Shown here piece after piece: positions 41,609-51,300 of a stretch of 64,000 bases of DNA. The DNA lies in assembly GCA_947454705.1 (NCBI GenBank), contig CANGKZ010000005.1:128616-192615 (forward strand), given 5' to 3'. A program made the position numbers and the translations under genes. The number at the start of each line of letters is the position of its first letter. Position 1 is the stretch's first letter. The DNA is from Verrucomicrobiota bacterium (lineage in GTDB: Bacteria; Verrucomicrobiota; Verrucomicrobiia; Limisphaerales; UBA9464). The notes below the pieces were generated by a model. That model had not been told where the DNA came from, ran no database searches, and worked only from the letters and a program-made list of their open reading frames with translations.

Positions 41609-42352
41609 TTATTCGCCTTCCGTGAGCGGGGCGATTTCTCCGGATCCAGCTGCTGGGCCACCGTTCTGGAGTTCGTTCCAGCGAACGGCCTGACGCACCA
41701 GCGCGGCGCCGTCCTTGAGGTTGAGCTTCGATTTGATGTTGGCCCGGTGGGCATCCACCGTCTTTGGGCTCAAGCGCAACCGTTCGGCAATGGTCCGGGT
41801 GCTCTGGCCTTCGCCGAGCAGACGGAAGATTTCAAATTCACGGTCGCTCAAACGATCGAGCATCAGGTCCTTGCTCGACGTCGAGAGCGCCTTGCGTCCC
41901 AGGTTGCCGAGCAGTTCGGATGACACGCGGGCGCTAACGAACACGCGTCCTTCGAGCACGGCACGGGTCGCTTCGAGCAGACGGTCACCGCCCGCTTCCT
42001 TCATCACGTACCCACGGGCACCGGCACGCAGCGTGCGTTCCGCGTAGAGCATTTCGTCGTGCATCGATACGACGAGCACCGGGAGATTCGGATCCAGCGC
42101 GTGGAAATCCTTGAGCACTTCGAGGCCGTTGCGGTCGGGCAGACCAAGGTCCAGCACCACCACGTCGGGCTTGATGCGCGACACCATTCCCACCGCCGCC
42201 GCGGCGCTGCCGGCTTCGGCGACGACCTCGAGATCGGGCGTGGAGTTGAACAGCAGGGCCAGACCCGCGCGCATCAGCGGATGGTCGTCCACCATCAGGA
42301 TCCTACGCTTGGCGGTCGGGGCTGGCGTGGTGGGGGCTTCAGCGGCTTTCAT
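41609..42352 (-). CDS. NarL/FixJ-type response regulator (REC plus LuxR HTH), orphan
   Basis: RILMVDDHPLMRAGL ... VVVLDLGLPDRNG (receiver) is followed by a C-terminal LSDREFEIFRLLGEGQSTRTIAERLRLSPKTVDAHRANI (LuxR-type HTH). Confidence 0.9.
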   Translation of the reverse strand: MKAAEAPTTPAPTAKRRILMVDDHPLMRAGLALLFNSTPDLEVVAEAGSAAAAVGMVSRIKPDVVVLDLGLPDRNGLEVLKDFHALDPNLPVLVVSMHDEMLYAERTLRAGARGYVMKEAGGDRLLEATRAVLEGRVFVSARVSSELLGNLGRKALSTSSKDLMLDRLSDREFEIFRLLGEGQSTRTIAERLRLSPKTVDAHRANIKSKLNLKDGAALVRQAVRWNELQNGGPAAGSGEIAPLTEGE

Positions 42353-42623
42353 GAGTGGTAAAGCGATTGCAATGGCAGGCCTCGGACGACGCGACAGGGA
42401 AAGGCGGCACGTTTGCGGACGTGCGGCATGCTTTCGTGAAGGTCGGTGCCATGGGTTTCGATCGAACTGGCTGGGTGTCAGGATGTTTCAGTCTTGGTAC
42501 CTGTTTCCCTCCATCTGGGATCGCCCGAAGGTCAGGTTCCAAACCAATGCCAATGCCCAACAGCCCGTGGCGCGGTATTAGCAAAGGGATCGTCGTAAGG
42601 AAATGAAAACTTAAAGAAAAATC

Positions 42624-43400
42624 CTAGGAACCGACGGATTCTCCTTTAAGGGTAGGCCGAGCCTCCCCCATGTGCTGATTAAGATCCGCGAGCCGGCGGA
42701 GTTGAATCCCGGCGGGGGTGAAATTCGCTGGGTTCAGCCAGGTGAGAAATGCCGACTCAAGCGCAGGCCATTCCGAATCGATGATTGAGAACCACGCGGT
42801 ATCGCGATTGCGTCCGCGATAGACCAGGGCCTGACGGAAGATCCCTTCGAACTGGAAGCCCAGACGAAGCGCGGCGGCGCGGGAGGGGGCGTTGAGGGCG
42901 TCGCACTTCCACTCCACGCGGCGGTAACCGAGTTGAAACGCCTCCCGGATGAGCAGGTACAGCGCTTCGGTGGCGGCGGTCTGACGTTGCAGCAACGGCG
43001 AGAAAACGATGTGGCCGATCTCGATCGTGCCCGCATCGGGAGTGATGCGCATCCAAGACACCCAACCGGCAGCCCTACCGGTCTTCAGATCGATCACCGC
43101 CATGAACAAAGGGTCCGATCCGGCGGCGTTGGTGCGGATCCAATCGGCGAGATGCGACTCGGTGGGAAAAGGTCCGTACGGCAGGTAGGTCCACGCCGCA
43201 TCCGAAGCGGAATCTCCGGCGGACCATGCCTGCCACAAGTCCGCCCTGTGGCGCTCCCAATCGAGCGGCTCGAGCCGACAGTACCCGCCAGCAATCGAGG
43301 CGCGATTTGGACGCGGCGGAACAATCCAACCGGGAACGTCCGGACCGATGGGCTGCCCCCACGCGTTCCGGCGTACCAAATTAGATTCAGCGTCCGTCAT
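42624..43400 (-). CDS. GNAT family N-acetyltransferase (RimJ/RimL-like)
   Basis: IEIGHIVFSPLLQRQTAATEALYLLIREAFQLGYRRVEWKCDALNAPSRAAALRLGFQFEG is a typical Acetyltransf_3 core. Confidence 0.8.
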   Translation of the reverse strand: MTDAESNLVRRNAWGQPIGPDVPGWIVPPRPNRASIAGGYCRLEPLDWERHRADLWQAWSAGDSASDAAWTYLPYGPFPTESHLADWIRTNAAGSDPLFMAVIDLKTGRAAGWVSWMRITPDAGTIEIGHIVFSPLLQRQTAATEALYLLIREAFQLGYRRVEWKCDALNAPSRAAALRLGFQFEGIFRQALVYRGRNRDTAWFSIIDSEWPALESAFLTWLNPANFTPAGIQLRRLADLNQHMGEARPTLKGESVGS

Positions 43401-43485
43401 GGGGAACTCCGGGTTGGGTTCGTTTCACGGGTGAATCTGTTTCAGTCATTCCCACCGTGAAAGAACGATTCGGGCCGTTTTTGGA

Positions 43486-43571
43486 AGTTGAAGAGTTGAA
43501 TCTAGAAACGGCAGTTGAAGGGTTGAACCTAAAGACGGCAGTTGAAGGGTTAAAAAGTTGAAGAGTTGAAA
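43486..43571. repeat. cluster of GTTGAAG-family repeats (about 3 units, including two AAACGGCAGTTGAAGGGTT cores)
   Basis: AGTTGAAGAGTTGAATCTAGAAACGGCAGTTGAAGGGTTGAACCTAAAGACGGCAGTTGAAGGGTTAAAAAGTTGAAGAGTTGAAAG was read directly. Confidence 0.85.
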
Positions 43572-43756
43572 GGGAAACTTGGCCCTGCGCCGTGACAACG
43601 CCGCCGATACTATAAAATGACCAGCGCCGGCGCCGTCATTGCCGGATTGGAAGCAGGCCAAAGGAACCATCTCCCCGCGATGCTCCATGCGCGAAGAAGT
43701 GCTCCCGTCTCCCCAAAACACAGGCCTGAAGTCCTGGGTTATTACCACCCGCTTCC

Positions 43757-43786
43757 CCATCTGCGTTTATCTGCGTCCATCTGCGG
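43757..43786. repeat. solo CAGATG-type arm (CCATCTGCGTTTATCTGCGTCCATCTGCGG)
   Basis: It resembles the right arms at 1552-1582 and 37321-37352. No clear left arm is present. Confidence 0.6.
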
Positions 43787-43813
43787 TAAAAAAATCTCCG
43801 CATCGACCCAGGC

Positions 43814-46800
43814 TCAATGCGTCACCAGGTATTTCAGGAGCTCGATCCGTTCCCGTTCACCGAGGGCTTCCAGGATTCCTTCCGGCATCAGGGAACGATC
43901 GCTGGTTTCGCGGTGTTTGATGTCGGACTTCGGGATCACCACGGTTTCGGTGAGCGTCTTCAACGAGACGGCGCTGGGCGTCTCGGACGCAACGAGACCG
44001 TTCCACGCGGTGCCGTCGCGCGTCTCGATCAACGTGAGCTGGAAGTCCGCGCCGATGACCGCGTTCGGATCCACGATGTTCTCCAGATAATACCGGATGC
44101 CATGCTGACCGGCTCCGGTGAGCTCGGGGCCGATCCGTGCTCCGTCATTCCCGATCCGGTGACACTGCGAGCAAAGGCGCACGAAGTGATTGCGTCCCTC
44201 GCGGTCCGAGTAGGCCCAGAGCGGGGCTTCGTCGAAGGTCTTCTGCAGCGAGGCAATCAAGGCCTGCTTGTCGGCCGGGGTTTTCTGGATGCGTCCCCAC
44301 AGCGACGTCACCTGGCGGTCCACCTCGGGATCGTGCAGCGCGGTGAGTTGTCGAATTTGGAACGCGCTGATCAGGTCGCGCTTGAGCCGGCCCGCCGCGA
44401 TTTCTCCGAGCAGGGCACGTGCGGAGGCCGCACGACGTGTGAGCGTGGCCAGGGCGAGTTCGCGTTCCGATTGCGGGAGCGTTCCAATGCGGCCCAGCAG
44501 GGCGCGCGGAATCGAAGGATCATCGAACCGTGCCAGCAACGGAATCGTCGCGGGACGGAACGCTGGATCGTCGAGCAACTGCACGAACAAGGGCAGCGAT
44601 GTGGAATCCGACGCGCGGCTCAGCACGGCGAATGCGTGTCGGCGATCCGCCTCGGCCGCGTTGCGATCGGCCAGCACGGTGCGCAGACGCGGGAAGCCCG
44701 ACGCATCGCCGAACACCGCTGCGAGCCGCTCGGCGCTGCGACGCACCGAGGCATCCGTGTGCGTGTAGAGCGATTTGGAAACGCGCTTCCACGCCTCGGG
44801 CATGGGCAGATTGGCCCGCGGTTCCATCGCCAGCCAGAGACCCGCCAAACGACGCGGCAAATCCGCGGCCGGCGTGGACGCCAGCAGCGCGATCTCCCGG
44901 TTCAACGCCACTCCTTCCTGCGAGGCGGCGTACCAATGAATCCAATCGGCCAGTTGCGTCAGGGGCGATGCCGTCGCGAGCTTGAGCGCGCGTTCCGGGT
45001 TCTTCGGGAGCAGGGTTGCGATTCCATCCCACAGCAGACCGGGAAGGTTTCGATCCTCCGCATCTTCGCCGTGCCAGCTCAACGATTCCGCCAGGCTCCA
45101 CGCTGTGGTTTCTGGAACGCGTTGGATTGCCGATGCGAGGGCGCGTCGCACCACCGGCGAGGGATCCGCATCGGCCAATTTCTTGAAGCGCGTCAGCGCG
45201 GCCGTCGATGCCTGGCGTCGATCCGTAGTGAGCTGAATCGTCCACGCGCGGACGAACTCATCCCGGTCGGCAAGCCCGCGCGCGACCGTCGAATCCATGC
45301 CGCTGCCGTCCAGCCCGCGATCGCGACCGGCCGTGCGATGCAGCGTCCACAGCGCCTGCAGCCGTTGGCGGGAATCGGGATCTGACTCCAGCGTCTTCTG
45401 CAGTTTCTGCAACGCGGCGGGATCCAGCGCGCGTTCCGCGGCGCGCTCCTGGAGCAATCGCGCCGCCGTGCGCGCGTACCACGCGTTGCGATGCGTGAAG
45501 AGGCCCACGAGATCGGCATCGGATTTGTCCGACAGATTCACCGACACCGGACGGAACCCGGCCTGCCATTCCATGCGGTACATCCGGCCGTTGCTGCGGT
45601 CCCACCGTTCCACATTGGGATTGTGGCAATGCTGCGGATCCACCCAGTCGATGAAATACACCGCGCCATCCGGACCGGTCTGCAAATCCACGGCCACGTA
45701 ACTCGGATCCGTGCAGAACAGCTGATCCTTGCCCGCGTGGACCGTCTCAAATCCGGAACCAAGCCGGCGGTTGATCTGCTGGTTGATCTGATGTCCTCCG
45801 AGGTTGTGGGTGAACAAATGCCCGCGGAATTCCTCCGGCCAGTTGTCGCCCTGATAAATCAAGGTGCCCACGTGGGAATGTCCGCCGTAGATGGCATCGC
45901 TCCCGGGCGCGCCTGCGCCGCCGGCGCCGTGGTCGTAGCGGGCCGATGCGAGCAGGTAATTCTTGAACCCAGGGAATTCCTTGGGCGGATTGGCGATGAT
46001 GAACGGTGCGTAATTCGCATTCGCCTGATTCCAATAATGACCGCCCTGAATCACGTGCGTGGTGCATCCGCCGCCCCAGTAGCTGCGGCAGTGGGTCATG
46101 AACAACTGGCCCTGGTCGTCGTAGTCCAACCCCCACGGATTGCTTCCCCCGCTGGCGAACACCTCGAACTCGTGTCGAACGGGATGATACCGCCACACGC
46201 CCGCGCGGAGTTCCGTGCGTTGCGAATCGGGCGCGCCGGGGCGTCCGATGTGGGCGAGGTTGAACACGCCCTGGTTTCCGTAGAGCCAGCCATCGGGTCC
46301 CCAGAGAAAACTGTTTAGGCACTCGTGGGTGTCCTGGTATCCGAAGCCATCGAGCAACACCTGCGGAGGTCCATCTGGCACGTCGTTGTGATCGCGATCG
46401 GCGAGGAAGAGCAGCTGCGGCGCGGCCCCGATCCACACACCGCCGAAGCCCACTTCCAATCCGCTCACCAGGTTCAATCCCTCGGCAAACACCTTCCGCG
46501 TCTCGAACCGCCCGTCCCCATCGCGGTCCTCGAGGATCACGATGCGGTCCTGTCCTTGACCCTCGGGGCGCTTCGACGGATAGCTCATGGCTTCGGCGAT
46601 CCAGATCCGTCCGCGCTCATCCCAGGCAAACGCCACCGGCTGCTGCAGCGCGGGTTCCGACGCGACCAGTTCCACTTTGAAGCCCGGCGGAACATGCATC
46701 GCGGCGACCGTTTTCTCGGCGGGGGAGTTGGCTGGCCGATCCACCGGATTCGGCCGTAGATGTCGCAATACCGGACTCGATTGCAGACGCGACGCGCTGG

Positions 46801-46942
46801 GGAGCGGGTCCTCGGCGCGAAGCGTGGAGTGGAACGCCCCATTGGACAGCACAAGCGCGGCCGCTGCGATGGCGACGACGGGAACGCGGGTGCGCGAGGA
46901 AGCCTGGGGCTGGGTCTTGGTGATGCGCGTGCTCTGGCTCAT
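43814..46942 (-). CDS. PVC-type heme-binding CxxCH protein (membrane-bound dehydrogenase-like beta-propeller, HEAT-like repeats, C-terminal cytochrome c)
   Basis: The ~1040-aa protein has an N-terminal signal/TM, a glucose/sorbosone-dehydrogenase-like region (IAEAMSYP...ILEDRDGDGRFE), a long helical-repeat middle and a C-terminal LCSQCHRIG heme motif. A GTG at 46984 is an alternative start. Confidence 0.75.
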   Translation of the reverse strand: MSQSTRITKTQPQASSRTRVPVVAIAAAALVLSNGAFHSTLRAEDPLPSASRLQSSPVLRHLRPNPVDRPANSPAEKTVAAMHVPPGFKVELVASEPALQQPVAFAWDERGRIWIAEAMSYPSKRPEGQGQDRIVILEDRDGDGRFETRKVFAEGLNLVSGLEVGFGGVWIGAAPQLLFLADRDHNDVPDGPPQVLLDGFGYQDTHECLNSFLWGPDGWLYGNQGVFNLAHIGRPGAPDSQRTELRAGVWRYHPVRHEFEVFASGGSNPWGLDYDDQGQLFMTHCRSYWGGGCTTHVIQGGHYWNQANANYAPFIIANPPKEFPGFKNYLLASARYDHGAGGAGAPGSDAIYGGHSHVGTLIYQGDNWPEEFRGHLFTHNLGGHQINQQINRRLGSGFETVHAGKDQLFCTDPSYVAVDLQTGPDGAVYFIDWVDPQHCHNPNVERWDRSNGRMYRMEWQAGFRPVSVNLSDKSDADLVGLFTHRNAWYARTAARLLQERAAERALDPAALQKLQKTLESDPDSRQRLQALWTLHRTAGRDRGLDGSGMDSTVARGLADRDEFVRAWTIQLTTDRRQASTAALTRFKKLADADPSPVVRRALASAIQRVPETTAWSLAESLSWHGEDAEDRNLPGLLWDGIATLLPKNPERALKLATASPLTQLADWIHWYAASQEGVALNREIALLASTPAADLPRRLAGLWLAMEPRANLPMPEAWKRVSKSLYTHTDASVRRSAERLAAVFGDASGFPRLRTVLADRNAAEADRRHAFAVLSRASDSTSLPLFVQLLDDPAFRPATIPLLARFDDPSIPRALLGRIGTLPQSERELALATLTRRAASARALLGEIAAGRLKRDLISAFQIRQLTALHDPEVDRQVTSLWGRIQKTPADKQALIASLQKTFDEAPLWAYSDREGRNHFVRLCSQCHRIGNDGARIGPELTGAGQHGIRYYLENIVDPNAVIGADFQLTLIETRDGTAWNGLVASETPSAVSLKTLTETVVIPKSDIKHRETSDRSLMPEGILEALGERERIELLKYLVTH

Positions 46943-47184
46943 GGCAAAACGTGATTCAACGTTCCGATCGTTCGTTTCACCCACGGCATCCGTTTCAATT
47001 CAGGTACGTCACCTTACTGTCGGATACCGAAACAGAAGCCGGGATCAACGAGTTGGAATGCGCCAAATACAACCGCCCCCGGGAAAGAAGTCGAACGAGA
47101 TCACGCGCGCCCGCCGGCGCCGGGCGCGCGAAGGCAAAAGGAGAAGGGAGAAAAGCAAAGGGCTCGATCGAAGCGAGAATCTCG

Positions 47185-47245
47185 TTCACCCGTATGGAGT
47201 CCCGCGTTCACGCGGCTCTGCTGTTCGACGGAGACCCGAATGGAG
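47185..47245. repeat. partial third copy of the ~150-bp dispersed repeat family
   Basis: TTCACCCGTATGGAGTCCCGCGTTCACGCGGCTCTGCTGTTCGACGGAGACCCGAATGGAG parallels 26996-27055 (CACACGTTTGGAGTACCGCGTTTACGCGGCTCGGCTGTTGGACGCGGAATC). Confidence 0.55.
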
Positions 47246-47520
47246 ATGAAAAAGCCAATCTCCCGTAGCAAGAGCTCGCAGTCCCTTTCGACCGCCGTTT
47301 CCAACTGGAAGGATCCCATTGAATGCAAACTGCCAGACTTGCGGATGGCATTGTGTCTGCTTTTCTCAATCGGTCCATTCCCACGCGCAGGGGCATGTCT
47401 TCGGCGCTTCAGGCTTTTGGAAGAATTTCGCAGCCGGGAACTGTGGACGGGGCTTGAGGGCGGAAGAAATCCGTCGTAGTGCCGATCACGCAGGCCCGCA
47501 GAGTGGAGGTAAAATTCAGC

Positions 47521-50500
47521 ATGAACCGAACTCCTTCGTCGAACAGGTCGGTCGCCAAGAGCCTGCTTCTTGTCGCGATCGTCACGGGGTTTTTGCCGTG
47601 CGCCGCCGGCGATGGAGGGGGCTCGTTGATCGCCTGGGGTGAGAATTCCCTGGGGCAAACCCTCGTTCCTGAAAATGCCCGGGAAGGCGTAGTCGCGGTG
47701 GCCCCGGGCATAAGCCACGTGTTGGCGCTGATGGGCGATGGAAGCCTTCGGAGTTGGGGGGATGACCGTGCCGGGCAGGTGTCGATTCCGCCGGAGGCTC
47801 GGACGGGAGTGATTTCGATGGCGGCCGGGCGCGCGCACAGCCTGGCGGTGACCAGGGACCATCGAGTCCTGGCCTGGGGAGCCAATGAGTTTCAACAGAT
47901 CGAGATTCCGTCGATCGCCGGCTGGGGAGACACCTTTGCCGTGGCCGCCGGGGCCAATCACAGCCTCCTGATTCGAAGCGACGGCGATGTGGAGGCGTGG
48001 GGGGATAATCGCGAGGGACAGGCCACGGTGCCGGTCGCTGCCTATTCGCGGGTGGTGGCGGTGGCGGCGTCGGGAAACCACAACCTCGCGTTGCGCACCG
48101 ACGGAACCGTGGTGGCGTGGGGAGGATCCAACCCCGCATTGGGGAAGATTCCCGCGGGAGCCCTCAGTCAGGTCGTTGCGGTGGCTGCGGGGCCCGATTG
48201 CAACGCCGCATTGCGATCCACCGGAGAGGTTGTGGTGTGGGGAAATCCAGCACTGAGCGGAACCAACGTTCCCGCTGGCGCAAAAAAAGGCGTCGTGGCG
48301 ATTGCCGTGGGCGATCGGCAGGTGTTTGCGTTGAAAAAAGACGGCTCGGTTCTCGCCTGGGGCGGGAATGATTCCGGGCAGATCTCCGTTCCGCTGGTGC
48401 CCGAGCAAGGGGTCCGTTCGCTTGCCTCGGCGGGGGGATATGGGTTGGCCATCGTCACCAACCGCGTCGCGCCTCCCCTGCTTCCGCCGACCCTGCTCGG
48501 TCAGTCGCGGGCTCTCACCCTTCAGGCCCGCGGAGTCGCCTCCTTTACGGTTCAGGCCACCGGCAGGAATCTGCGATACCGATGGAAAAAAGATGGAAAA
48601 GAACTGCCCGCGGCAAACGGATCGACGCTCAACTGTGGACCGCTGCGCGACGTCGATGTCGGTATTTATCAGGCGATCGTGGAAAATGATGCGGGGCGTG
48701 TGACCTCGGATCCGATTCAGCTGACCGTATCTCCAGGGGAAGGCGAACTGCTCAAGGGTGCGGCGGCCCAGTGGGGATTTGGATGGACTCTGGAGGCGGT
48801 GCCCGATGAGGTCCGACAGGGAGTCGTAGCCCTGGGCGCTGGCACCGACTTCAACATGGCCCTTCGTTCGGATGGCCGGGTGATGACGTGGACCGCCGAT
48901 GGAATCGGAACCCCGTGGCTCAAACTTCCGCCCGAGGCCACTACCAACGTGTTGGCGATTTCCGTGTTTGGCCGAAAGGGATTGGCGATCACGTCGGATG
49001 AAAAATTGATCCGCTGGAGTGATCCGCGGGAAACCCCGAGGACCGCACAATCCCGAACGGTGGGAAAGGTGGTGGCGATCGCTGGGGACAATCTGGTTCT
49101 CCAGCAAAATGGCGCCGCCGCCTGGGCCGATGACTTTGGGGAGGATTTCGTCGTCCCCGAGTCCGCGCAGTCGGATGTCGTGGCGATCGCCTCTAGCCAG
49201 TCCTTCATGTGCGCGTTGCGCGCGGATCGTCGGGTGGTTTGCTGGAAGGATGGAACCGGGACCGAGATTCCAGTGCCCGCAGGGATTCAGGGACGAACCG
49301 TGCAAATTGGTGCCGGAAACTATTTCGGTGCCGCCCTGTTGGAGGACGGATCCGTGGTCACTTGGGGCGACAATCGATTCGGGCAGTTGGCCATTCCCCT
49401 CGAAGCGACCCGTGGGGTGAAAGAGATGTGGGTAGGAGCCGATGTGATCTTCGTCCGCCGCGAGGATGGATCCATCTTTTCGTGGGGTCTGAACAACACC
49501 GGCCAACTCCAGATCCCGAGCGCGCTTGGCAGTTCCATTCGTTCCATTACTCCAGGCCAATTCCGGACCCTTGCCCTGGTCGAGCCGACACCCCCAACGG
49601 TCGTGGCGGGCCCAGTCTCCCAGGATTTGATCGCCGGCAGCGCGACTGAACTTAAAGCGCAATACCGTGGGTACCCTCTCCGATATCAATGGTTTCGGAA
49701 TGGGATTCCGATCGCTGGCGCAACCGCAGCGAGCCTCAATCTTCCAAATCTTTCGGCCATGGAGTCGGGGGATTACACGGTGATCGCGTCGAATCAATTG
49801 GGCACCGCCTCCCATTTCATACCTGCCGTTCTGAAGGTGCGCGCGGGACGTAGTTCCCTTCTGGTTTGTGACCACACGGCGACCCAATTCGAGCCCGTGC
49901 CTGTGGAGGCGCAAAATGATATCGTCGAGTTTGCGTCCGGATTGACTCATCGCGTTGCTCTCAACCAAAGCGGACAAGTTTTTGCGTGGGGTGGATCCAA
50001 CGAATTGGGGCAGCGATCGATTCCCCTGGGAGCCGAACTCGGTGCAGCTCGGATCGCTGCCGGGGCGAATCACACGTTGCTTCTGGGAAACAATGGCGCG
50101 GTGGTTGCCTGGGGCGACAACCGGAGGGGACAATGCAATGTGCCCCTTGAGGCCCGGACGGGAGTCCGATCCATTGCAGCGGTGGGAGACACATCTTATG
50201 CGGTCGTAGGCTCCGGGAGAGTCGTCGTTTGGGGGGATCAGGAATTCGGGGAAGGGAACATTCCATCCGGTGCGTTGACGGGCGTGAAACAGGTGACCGT
50301 GGTTCCCGGACGCGCAATTGCGTTGCGGACCGACGGTGTGGCCTTCGCCTGGGGCGGTAAGGCAAATCCCACCGTGAAAATTCCGGCAGAAATCCAAGGG
50401 AAGATTCGGGCGACCGCCTTGACCGCGTATTATTGCTACGCGGTTTTGTTGGATGATTCATTGGTAGGGTGGGAATGGGGGCTGTCGCAACTCCCGGGGC

Positions 50501-50946
50501 CGGGGGAATACATACCCGGACTGGCGGCTGTCCGTGCAAACGTGGCGACGATCTCCTCGGCAATCTGGGGAGGAGGCTTTGATACCGTCTTTGTCGTGAG
50601 AAACGACGGGATCGTCGATCGGTGGCGGGATCTCGGCTTTGAATCGAGTCGCCTTCCCTTCAACCGCGATGCCGTCATTCGCTCCGCGACCGTGGGGCCC
50701 TCGGTGGTTGGATTGATCACCGATACCCCTGTGACTCTTGAATGGGCGAAGCAATCCGCCGGGATGCAAGTCTCGTGGTCCAGCCTGCTGGAGACCGCGC
50801 GTTTGCAATCTACATCGAGTCTGAATGCCCAGTCGGGATGGGTGGATGTCACCCAACCGCAGAAAGAAGTGGGCGGACGACAAACGATCTCCGTACCACT
50901 CGATTCAGCCTCCCCGATTCGTTGGTTTAGGCTAATAACTCATTAA
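47521..50946 (+). CDS. giant secreted RCC1-repeat (beta-propeller) protein with interspersed Ig (I-set-like) domains
   Basis: A signal peptide is followed by many RCC1 units (AWGENSLGQ, SWGDDRAGQ, AWGANEFQQ, AWGDNREGQ, AWGGNDSGQ, TWGDNRFGQ, AWGGSNELGQ, AWGDNRRGQ). There are two Ig-like segments (LRYRWKKDGKEL...DVGIYQAIVENDAG and LRYQWFRNGIPI...SGDYTVIASNQLG). Confidence 0.85.
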   Translation: MNRTPSSNRSVAKSLLLVAIVTGFLPCAAGDGGGSLIAWGENSLGQTLVPENAREGVVAVAPGISHVLALMGDGSLRSWGDDRAGQVSIPPEARTGVISMAAGRAHSLAVTRDHRVLAWGANEFQQIEIPSIAGWGDTFAVAAGANHSLLIRSDGDVEAWGDNREGQATVPVAAYSRVVAVAASGNHNLALRTDGTVVAWGGSNPALGKIPAGALSQVVAVAAGPDCNAALRSTGEVVVWGNPALSGTNVPAGAKKGVVAIAVGDRQVFALKKDGSVLAWGGNDSGQISVPLVPEQGVRSLASAGGYGLAIVTNRVAPPLLPPTLLGQSRALTLQARGVASFTVQATGRNLRYRWKKDGKELPAANGSTLNCGPLRDVDVGIYQAIVENDAGRVTSDPIQLTVSPGEGELLKGAAAQWGFGWTLEAVPDEVRQGVVALGAGTDFNMALRSDGRVMTWTADGIGTPWLKLPPEATTNVLAISVFGRKGLAITSDEKLIRWSDPRETPRTAQSRTVGKVVAIAGDNLVLQQNGAAAWADDFGEDFVVPESAQSDVVAIASSQSFMCALRADRRVVCWKDGTGTEIPVPAGIQGRTVQIGAGNYFGAALLEDGSVVTWGDNRFGQLAIPLEATRGVKEMWVGADVIFVRREDGSIFSWGLNNTGQLQIPSALGSSIRSITPGQFRTLALVEPTPPTVVAGPVSQDLIAGSATELKAQYRGYPLRYQWFRNGIPIAGATAASLNLPNLSAMESGDYTVIASNQLGTASHFIPAVLKVRAGRSSLLVCDHTATQFEPVPVEAQNDIVEFASGLTHRVALNQSGQVFAWGGSNELGQRSIPLGAELGAARIAAGANHTLLLGNNGAVVAWGDNRRGQCNVPLEARTGVRSIAAVGDTSYAVVGSGRVVVWGDQEFGEGNIPSGALTGVKQVTVVPGRAIALRTDGVAFAWGGKANPTVKIPAEIQGKIRATALTAYYCYAVLLDDSLVGWEWGLSQLPGPGEYIPGLAAVRANVATISSAIWGGGFDTVFVVRNDGIVDRWRDLGFESSRLPFNRDAVIRSATVGPSVVGLITDTPVTLEWAKQSAGMQVSWSSLLETARLQSTSSLNAQSGWVDVTQPQKEVGGRQTISVPLDSASPIRWFRLITH

Positions 50947-50972
50947 CTTCACCGCGATCCAGGCTTGCAGGC

Positions 50973-51215
50973 CTATTCCTTAACAGCCGGAGCTGGCGGA
51001 GGGTCTACGGGCTCCGCCCAGAGGATTCTTCGGAGGAGTCCTTCCGGGTCCTTGGCTCCCAGCTGGTTCACGATCGCGGACAATTTGTGCAAATGCTCGT
51101 CGCGGCGGGCGGTGATCCGCAGGCGGAACTGCTCATAAGTCGCGCCGAGCCCTACCAATGTCATGACCTTCTCTGTTTTCGTCACTTCAGGGTCGTTGCG
51201 AGTCGTATCCATCAT
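50973..51215 (-). pseudogene. truncated paralog (C-terminal domain only) of the 52698..53384 gene
   Basis: 80 codons from the first ATG align with the C-terminus of the 52698..53384 product. The in-frame similarity continues upstream (ETNRLLAS vs ECNRMLAT) to the stop of the preceding gene, with no ATG, GTG or TTG available. It may still be expressed as an 80-aa protein. Confidence 0.45.
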
Positions 51216-51300
51216 CGAGGAGAGATGCACGGCGTCGGAAGCGAGCAGCCGATTCGTCTCGGCCCCCGCCCGGCCGGTGGTAATCCGTTTCCTCCGACGC

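Noticed and set aside
47101-50397. A 1098-aa minus-strand ORF lies opposite the RCC1 gene.
   Set aside because: Its composition is Arg/Gly/Pro/His/Ser-rich and featureless. The plus-strand frame carries dozens of periodic RCC1 blade motifs, so the minus frame is a shadow.
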